Shown in pieces: positions 21,211 to 28,500 of a DNA stretch of 64,000 bases (positions within the stretch are counted from its first letter, which is position 1; every line of letters starts with the position of its first letter). The notes below the pieces were generated by a model. That model worked only from the letters and a program-made list of their open reading frames with translations, had not been told where the DNA came from and made no database searches. Source of the DNA: Alphaproteobacteria bacterium. Its GTDB lineage: Bacteria; Pseudomonadota; Alphaproteobacteria; MPNO01. The position numbers and the translations under genes were made by a program. The DNA lies in the NCBI GenBank assembly GCA_964291675.2, contig OZ219866.1:3584001-3648000 (forward strand). The letters run 5' to 3'.

Positions 21211-21318
21211 ACAGCAGTGGACTTGATCCGGGCATCCATGGGCGGTACAGGAAGAGCCGGGTGCGGCCCGCGTCGAGAATCCAAACCGGACAGCGGTGGA
21301 CCAAGCCCGGCCATGACG
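21211..21318. repeat. Degenerate REP-like element
   Basis: ACAGCAGTGGACTTGATCCGGGCATCCATG ... ACAGCGGTGGACCAAGCCCGGCCATGAC. Confidence 0.6.
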
Positions 21319-21372
21319 CGGTTGGGAAGGGTGCGAAGGCACGCGAACTTCGACGCCGGACAGGAGGCGGGC

Positions 21373-21684
21373 ATGGTTGCGGCTCAGGGCATTCGGATGA
21401 AGAACCCGGCGCATCCGGGCGGGTTCGTCAAGAGCGAGATCGTCGAGGCTCCCGGACTGTCGGTGACCGACGCTGCGCGGATGCTGGGAGTCACCCGGCC
21501 CGCGCTGTCGGCGCTGCTCAACGAGCGGGCGAGTCTTTCGCCCGAAATGGCGCTCAGGATCGAGAAGGTCTTCGGCGTATCCATGGATACGCTGCTGCGG
21601 ATGCAGACCAGTCACGACATCGCCCGAATTCGCCGGCGCGAGGGCGAAATCCAGCTTGCACCGTTCGCGGAGCGGACCGGCTGA
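21373..21684 (+). CDS. higA: HigA family addiction-module antitoxin (orphan)
   Basis: HPGGFVK..LSVTDAARMLGVTRPALSALLN..SLSPEMALRIEKVFG; RBS AGGAGG. Confidence 0.9.
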   Translation: MVAAQGIRMKNPAHPGGFVKSEIVEAPGLSVTDAARMLGVTRPALSALLNERASLSPEMALRIEKVFGVSMDTLLRMQTSHDIARIRRREGEIQLAPFAERTG

Positions 21685-21763
21685 GCACGAACCGGCGCGG
21701 GGCCGGAGCGAGGCTCGCGACTTCCCGTCTATTCGCTCGACAAGGTGCTTGAGAGGGCGTTGC

Positions 21764-22780
21764 CTAGCGGAAGGTGAGCGTCACCATCAGCGGCCGGTGG
21801 TCGGAGACGCCCCTGTCCGGAGTCGGGCCGGTGCTGGCGCGGATGCCGCCCCGCTTGGCCGCAGTGACGATCGACCGGGAGAGCAGGATGTGGTCCAGCT
21901 GTTCGCGAAGTCCCCGGAATTCCACCGTCCAGCGTTCGCCGTCGTCCCGGAAATATCGGTGGTGGCCGGTCTGCACCAGGTCGGGCCAGATGTCGTCGAG
22001 CCCGCGCACGCGGCGGATCGCCGGATCGCCCCTGCGGTCGTTGAGGTCGCCGGCGACGATGACGTGCTCGCCCGCGTTGATCGCCGCAAGCGTGAGGCGG
22101 CGCAGGATCGACGCCTGGGCGATGCGTTGCGCGTCCTGCCAGTGGCCGCCGCGCTCGCTCGCGAAGTGAACGGCATAGAGCCGGAACGCCCGCCCGGCCA
22201 CTTCCAGGCGCACGGCGAGACCCTTGGAAATCCCCGTCTCCGCCTCGGACTCCGGGTCGTCGAGCTCCTCGAAATAGCCCTCGCGGCCCGGCAGGCGGCG
22301 CATCGCATCGGTCAGCGGGAAGCGCGAGAAGACCGCGACATGCTGCGCCGTCCGCCGCGCCGTGCAGTCGCAGATCTCGACATGCGGGAAATCCGCCCCT
22401 TCGGCGGCCAGGCGGTCCCTGAGCTCCAGCACGTCGCGCCTGCCGCCCACCTCGGTCAGCGCCAGCACGTCGGCCGGGACGCGACGGGCGAGGTAGCGCG
22501 CGACCCGCGCCGTCGCCTCGGCGAATTTTCCGTCCCGGTAGCCGGGCGCGTCCCAAATCTCCCGGTCCCGCTTGCGCAGGTCGAAGGGGTAGCCGAACTT
22601 CAGGTGCACTTTCGGGCGGGTGAGGAACTCCGCGTTGAAGGTCGCCACGGTAAGGGTGCCCGCCCCGGCAGGCGCGGAGAGCAACAGCGCCGCGCTAGCG
22701 CCAACGATGCGCGCGCCCCGGGCGAACCCGCCCGGGGCGAGAAAGAAAGAATGCGCCCGGATGTCGGCAAACATCCTCAT
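21764..22780 (-). CDS. Endonuclease/exonuclease/phosphatase family protein, probably secreted
   Basis: Signal-like N-terminus, VATFNAE, LALTEV, IVAGDLND, LDHILL, SDHRP. Confidence 0.88.
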   Translation of the reverse strand: MRMFADIRAHSFFLAPGGFARGARIVGASAALLLSAPAGAGTLTVATFNAEFLTRPKVHLKFGYPFDLRKRDREIWDAPGYRDGKFAEATARVARYLARRVPADVLALTEVGGRRDVLELRDRLAAEGADFPHVEICDCTARRTAQHVAVFSRFPLTDAMRRLPGREGYFEELDDPESEAETGISKGLAVRLEVAGRAFRLYAVHFASERGGHWQDAQRIAQASILRRLTLAAINAGEHVIVAGDLNDRRGDPAIRRVRGLDDIWPDLVQTGHHRYFRDDGERWTVEFRGLREQLDHILLSRSIVTAAKRGGIRASTGPTPDRGVSDHRPLMVTLTFR

Positions 22781-23193
22781 GTTCCCAAAATTGATCTGCG
22801 CCGATTGGAAATAGTATCGACAGTCCTTGCTATGGAATCCATGTTGGATATTGGAGAAAGGAATTCGAACATTAGCCTAATACTGTATCCCCCCTGCAAG
22901 TCGACGGGAGATCGCGGCCCGGCCATGACATCGCCCTGCGGATCGGGGCGTGCGCCCGGACCTGAATTGTACTCTATTTTGTAACAACCGATCAAAAGTG
23001 CAAGTACAAAAGAGGAACATTAATCAAACGGAGCAATTTCTGCGCGCCAAGGGGCACCATCCCGGTCGGTTTGCCGCGGTCGCGCGGTGAAGCTGCGGGG
23101 AGGTTGCACCGCCGTCTATCGTGGCCGCGCGGATATCTGGCCGTGCCGCGCGCGGGTGTCGTATAGTCGGCGAAAGCGGGGAGGGGAGGCGTC

Positions 23194-24231
23194 GTGGAGC
23201 CCAGGATTCTGCCGACCACCGTGGTCGGAAGTCACGTTCAGCCCGACTGGCTGGTCGACCGCGAGAATTTGAAGAGCCGGCTGCCGCCAAGGGTGCGGGC
23301 GCGCGAGATCTGGAAGGTGCCGGAAGACGCGCTGGAGGAGGCGCAGGACACCGCGACGCTCGCCGCGATCCACGACTTCGAGCATGCCGGCATCGACATC
23401 ATCACCGACGGCGAGATGCGCCGCGAGAGCTATTCCAACCGCGTCGCCACCGCGCTCGGCGGAGTCGACATCGACACGCCTGGCACCGCGATCGACCGCA
23501 CCGGCCACCCCAACCCGGTGCCCCGCATCGCGGGCCCGATCCACCGGGCGCGGCCCATCGAGGTGCGCGACGCCGAGTTCCTGGTCGCCAACACCGACCG
23601 GATGACCAAGATCACCGTGCCCGGGCCGTTCACCATGACCCAGCAGGCGCAGAACGACCATTACGACACCGACGAGGCGGCGGCGATGGATTATGCCGCC
23701 GCGATGAACGAGGAGATCAAGGCGCTGTTCGCCGCCGGGGTCGACGTGGTCCAGCTCGACGAGCCCTATATGCAGGCGAGGCCGGAGATCGCCAGGTCAT
23801 ACGCGGTCAAGGCGATCGACCGCGCGCTGGAGGGCGTCGAGGGGACGACGGCGGTGCATCTCTGCTTCGGCTACGCCCACATCGTGCACGAGAAGGGGAG
23901 CGCGTACTCGTTCCTGCCGGAGCTGGAGAACGCGGCGGTCGACCAGGTCTCGATCGAGGCCGCGCAGCCCGGGCTCGACCTCGGGATCCTGGAAAGACTT
24001 CCGTCGAAGACCGTGATCCTCGGCGTGCTGAATCTCGGCGACCCCGAAGTGGAGACGGCCGAGACGGTGGCCGCGCGCATCCGCCGGGCGCTCGAAGTCC
24101 TGCCGCCGGAGCGCATCGTGGTGGCGCCCGATTGCGGGATGAAGTATCTCGACCGCGACACCGCGCTCGGCAAGCTCAGGGCGATGGTCGCCGGCGCCGA
24201 CATCGTGCGCCGCGAGATCGGCGGCGAGTAA
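23194..24231 (+). CDS. Cobalamin-independent methionine synthase II (MetE C-terminal domain) family Zn enzyme
   Basis: TTVVGS, ITDGEMRRESY, VQLDEP; Zn ligands HLC...E...PDCGMK. Confidence 0.9.
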   Translation: MEPRILPTTVVGSHVQPDWLVDRENLKSRLPPRVRAREIWKVPEDALEEAQDTATLAAIHDFEHAGIDIITDGEMRRESYSNRVATALGGVDIDTPGTAIDRTGHPNPVPRIAGPIHRARPIEVRDAEFLVANTDRMTKITVPGPFTMTQQAQNDHYDTDEAAAMDYAAAMNEEIKALFAAGVDVVQLDEPYMQARPEIARSYAVKAIDRALEGVEGTTAVHLCFGYAHIVHEKGSAYSFLPELENAAVDQVSIEAAQPGLDLGILERLPSKTVILGVLNLGDPEVETAETVAARIRRALEVLPPERIVVAPDCGMKYLDRDTALGKLRAMVAGADIVRREIGGE

Positions 24232-24242
24232 GGGGGAGGACG

Positions 24243-24548
24243 ATGCAGAGACAGCACGACATGGGGGGCATGCCGGCCGGCCCGGTCGACCCCGAGAGCC
24301 CGCCGACCAGGCCGTGGGCCAAGCTGCTCACCGCGACGGTGAACGCGCTCCGCGAGGAGAAGCTGATGACCGTCGACGAGATGCGCCGCGCGCTGGAGGA
24401 CCTGCCGGAGGAGCAGTACGACCTCTACTATTTCGAGCGCTGGGCCGAGGCGCTGAGCGATCTGCTGGAGGAGAAGGGGCTGGCGACCCACGCCGAGATC
24501 GAGTCCCGGATGGAAGCGATACGGCGCCGGCTGGAGGGCGGGACATGA
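24243..24548 (+). CDS. Nitrile hydratase beta N-terminal half / thiocyanate hydrolase beta-like subunit
   Basis: HDMGG, VDEMRRALEDL, YYFERWAEALSDLLEEKGL. Confidence 0.85.
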   Translation: MQRQHDMGGMPAGPVDPESPPTRPWAKLLTATVNALREEKLMTVDEMRRALEDLPEEQYDLYYFERWAEALSDLLEEKGLATHAEIESRMEAIRRRLEGGT

Positions 24549-24847
24549 CCGGCCCAACCCCCGAGGAGCGCCGCTTCGAGGTCGGCGACACGGTCAGGAT
24601 CGCGCTCAGCCACCCGCCCGGCCATCGGCGGACGCCGTTCTATATCCGCGGCAAGACCGGGATCATCGAGCGCTATTGCGGCGCCTTCCCGAACCCCGAG
24701 GAGCTCGCCTACGGGTTCGACGGCGAGCCGAGGCGGCACCTCTACCGGGTGCGGTTCCGGCAGCACGACATCTGGGACCGCTATGACGGTCCGGAGCGGG
24801 ACACGCTCGATCTGGAAATCTTTCAGCACTGGCTGGAACGGGTCTAG
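24545..24847 (+). CDS. Nitrile hydratase beta C-terminal SH3-like half / thiocyanate hydrolase alpha-like subunit
   Basis: FEVGDTVR, GHRRTPFYIRGKTG, LYRVRF, EIFQHWLE; ATGA overlap with the upstream gene. Confidence 0.87.
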   Translation: MTGPTPEERRFEVGDTVRIALSHPPGHRRTPFYIRGKTGIIERYCGAFPNPEELAYGFDGEPRRHLYRVRFRQHDIWDRYDGPERDTLDLEIFQHWLERV

Positions 24848-24857
24848 GAGACAGGAG

Positions 24858-25508
24858 ATGGCGGAAGACGAAAGGGGCCACGCGGAGGTCCACCACCACG
24901 ACCACGAGGTCGCGCCGGAGAACCGCGATGTCGAGGAGACCGGCCATTACGAGCTGATGGCGACCGCGATCCGCGACCTGCTGGTCGAGAAGGGGGTGGT
25001 CACGCCCGAGCAGATCCGCACCCAGCTCGAATTCATGGACTCGCGGGGGCCCGCGGTCGGCGCACGGATCGTCGCCAAGGCCTGGACCGACCCGGCGTTC
25101 AGGGAGCGGCTGCTCGACGACGGCACCGCGGCGGTCGCCGAGCTCGGCATCCCGATGGCCGGGACCGAGCTGGTGGTGGTCGAGAACACGCCCGATGCGC
25201 ACAACATGATCGTGTGCACGCTGTGCTCGTGCTACCCGCGGACCATCCTCGGCCTGCCGCCCGACTGGTACAAGTCGAAGTCCTACCGCTCGCGCGCGGT
25301 CATCGAGCCGCGCGCGGTGCTGAAGGAGTTCGGCACCGAGATCCCCGACGGCGTCACCGTCCGGGTGCATGACAGCAACGCCGACATGCGCTACCTCGTC
25401 CTGCCGATGCGCCCCGGGGGAACGGAAGGCTGGGACGCCGAGCGCCTCGCCGGCATCGTCACCCGCGACTGCATGGTGGGAACCGCGCTTCCCGACGCGG
25501 CGGGCTGA
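24858..25508 (+). CDS. Co-type nitrile hydratase alpha / thiocyanate hydrolase gamma-like subunit
   Basis: VCTLCSCYP metal-binding motif (Co type), GARIVAKAWTDP, YRSRAV.EPR, RYLVLPMRP. Confidence 0.93.
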   Translation: MAEDERGHAEVHHHDHEVAPENRDVEETGHYELMATAIRDLLVEKGVVTPEQIRTQLEFMDSRGPAVGARIVAKAWTDPAFRERLLDDGTAAVAELGIPMAGTELVVVENTPDAHNMIVCTLCSCYPRTILGLPPDWYKSKSYRSRAVIEPRAVLKEFGTEIPDGVTVRVHDSNADMRYLVLPMRPGGTEGWDAERLAGIVTRDCMVGTALPDAAG

Positions 25509-25534
25509 TCGGCGGCGCGGCGGCGGCGTGACGG

Positions 25535-28500
25535 CTACCAGGAGAGCCTGGAGCGCAGCATGAATCCGTGGGCCGCGCGGTTGTCGTTGGCGGCCCTGCG
25601 GCGCGTCGCCTCGAGCCCCAGGTCGAAGGACATCCGGGCGGGTCGCGCCGGCGACAGGGTCCAGCCGATGCTGTAGTCGCGGCCCGTCCGGGAGAGTCCG
25701 AAACCCAGCCTCGGCGTCGCGGTGAAGCGGCTGCCGAAGGCGGGCAGGCCGTACCCGATCTCGCCGTCCAGCCGGCCCTCCGGACGGATGCCGGCATCGG
25801 CCGCGAGCGCCGCCGCGTCGCGCGCCGACCGCAACCGCCCCAACCCGCCCGGCGCGGGACCCCAGCTCGGCGTCATGGTGAGGGACACCCCCCTTCCCGA
25901 GTCGTCCGGCGCGACGTGGAACGAGCCGCCGGCACGCCACTCCCGGTAGCCGCTCCGGCCGCGCAGCGCCAGCGTCTCCACCCGGCCCGAGGCCGAGATC
26001 CGGTTGGCGGCGAAGCGCAGGCCGGCGCCGATTTCCACGCCCAGCCCGTCACGCGCATCCGCGCCGTCATAGCGCAGCCCCATCTCGACGGAGGGGGTGA
26101 GCGTCGCGCCTTCGGCGACCCGAACGGCGCTCTCGCTCTCTACGCTGAGCCGGACCTGGGTCGCTTCGCCTTCCTCCCGCCGCAGGTGGGCGGTGGCATC
26201 CGATTGGATCCGCATCCACATCGCGTCGGATTTCAGCGTCACCTCCGTGCCGAGCGGTCCGGACGGTTCGAGAATTGCGCCTTCCAGCCCGGCGGCGCCC
26301 ATCTGCATCCTGAGATCCGCGCGAAACGCGGGCATGCCCTCGGGGCGAAGCGAGACCTCGCCCCGGGCGGCGCCGGCCGTGCCCCAGGCGGACAGCCCCT
26401 CGCCGAGACGGAAACGCAGATAGGGGTAGGCGCCGGTCAAGTGGCCTTGCAGGTCGCCGCGGGGTCTGACCATGTCGGTTTTCGCGGAATAGGTTCCCTC
26501 GCCCTTGCTGAGCGAGACCAGCACCCCGGCGAGCGTTCGCGACCAGGCCAAGTCGACGCCGATCAGCCCGGTGACCGCCGCGCTGTCCAGATCGACGCCG
26601 TCGGACCGCTCGTCGATCCAATCGCCGACCGCGACGTTGCCCCATGCGGCGAACGCGGCGCCGTCGCCGGGGTCCCCGGCCGATGCGGCGTGGAAGCTGC
26701 TGCCGCGCAGAAACTCGCGCATGGTGGCGGTGCCCGTGCTGCGCCGCGGCTCGTTCTCCTCGTCCCGTCCGAGCCGGGCGTCGGGTTCCGGCGCGCGCGG
26801 GCCGGAGGATTCCGGGGTACCGCCGACCCGCGCGCCGCCCATGGTCACGTGCGACCCGCTGCGCTCGAACCTGTCGGCCAGCGCCTCCACGATCTGGCTC
26901 CCGACCATCCGTCCGAACCGGACGATCCAGACACGCAGCAGCGAGTCCCGGTCCTCGATCGTGCCGGTCGCCACGCCGTCGACGATGCGGGCGCCCGGAG
27001 ACGGGTTGGACAGCGTGAACGTCATCGTCTCGCGGTGTTCGTGCTGGACGTCGTCGAGCACCGGGACCTGCACGACCCGCGAGGTCACCCCGGCGGCGAA
27101 GTCGAGCGTGCCGCTCGCGGCCACATAGTCCTCCCCGGCCGTGGCGCTTCCGTCGCCCGTCGCGTATTCGACCGTCGTCGCGACGGTCCGCGACTGGCTC
27201 AGGGTCACCACGAAGCCGAGCGTCGCGCCCGGCGCTTCCCGGGTTTCCGCATCGGCGACGGAAAACGCGGCCTCGTCGGGCGTGTTCGGCGCCAGGGAGA
27301 GAGCCAACTCCGGCACCAAGTCGTCGTCCTGTATGGTGAGCGGTCCCTGGCCGGACGCGGTGCCGACCGCGAGATTGGCCGACGTGCCGGAGATGGAGAC
27401 GGTCTCGTCGTCCTCGACGAGCGTGTCGTCCACGGGCGTGAGGGTGAACGTGGCGCTGCCCGAGGCCTGGCCGGCGGTCACCGTCAGGTCGAAATCCGCG
27501 ACCTCGTCGAAATCGGTCCCCTCGATCGCCGTGCCGGAGCCGACCGAGACCCGGACCGTGGTGTCCTCCGACCGCGCGGCGCCGACCAGGGTCCCGGTCA
27601 CCGTGACCCGCTGCGCGCCGCCGCCCTCGTCCAGCGTGTCCGGCGACCAGGAGAGCCTCAGCCCCAGCGTCGTGTCGTCGTCCTGAATGGTCAGCGGCCC
27701 CTGGCCGGACGCGGTGCCGACCGCGAGATTGTCCGTCGTGCCGGCGATGGCGACGGTCTCGTCGGCCTCTTCGAGCGTGTCGTCGACCGGCGTGAGGGTG
27801 AAGCTGGCGCTGCCCGAGGCCTGGCCGGCGGTCACCGTCAGGTCGAAATCCGCGACCTCGGCGAAATCGGTCCCTTCGATCGCCGTGCCGGAGCCGACCG
27901 AGACCCGGACCGTGACGTTCTCCGTCTGCGTGGCGCCGACCAGGGTCCCGGTCACCGTGACCTGCTGCGCGCCGCCGCCCTCGTCCAGCGTGCTCGGCGA
28001 CCAGGAGAGCCTCAGCCCCAGCGCCGTGTCGTCGTCCTGAATGGTCAGCGGCCCCTGGCCGGACGCGGTGCCGACCGGGAGGCCTCCCGCCGCGCCGGAG
28101 ATGGCGACCGTTTCGTCGCCCTCTTCGAGCGTGTCGTCGACTGGGGCGAGGGTGACGCTGGCGCTGCCCGAGGCCTGGCCGCCGGTCACGGTGATGTCGA
28201 AATCCGCGACCTCGGCGAAATCGGTCCCCTCGATCGCCGTGCCGGAGCCGACCGAGACCCGGACCGTGACGTCCTCCGGCAGGGTGGCGCCGGTGAGCGT
28301 CGCGGTCACCGTGACCTGCTGCGCGCCGCCGCCCTCGTCCAGCGTGTCCGGCGACCAGGAGAGCTCGACCTGCGCCGTGTCGTCGTCCTCGATGGTCAGC
28401 GCAGCCTGGCCGGACACGGTGCCGACCGCGAGACCGTCCGCCGTGCCGGCGATGGCGACGGTCTCGTTGTCCTCGTCCAGCGTGTCGTCGACCGGGGTGA

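Noticed and set aside
19390-21615. 741-aa extended UbiD ORF
   Set aside because: The extension reads through REP-like repeats and antisense higA; the real start is at 20787 with an RBS.
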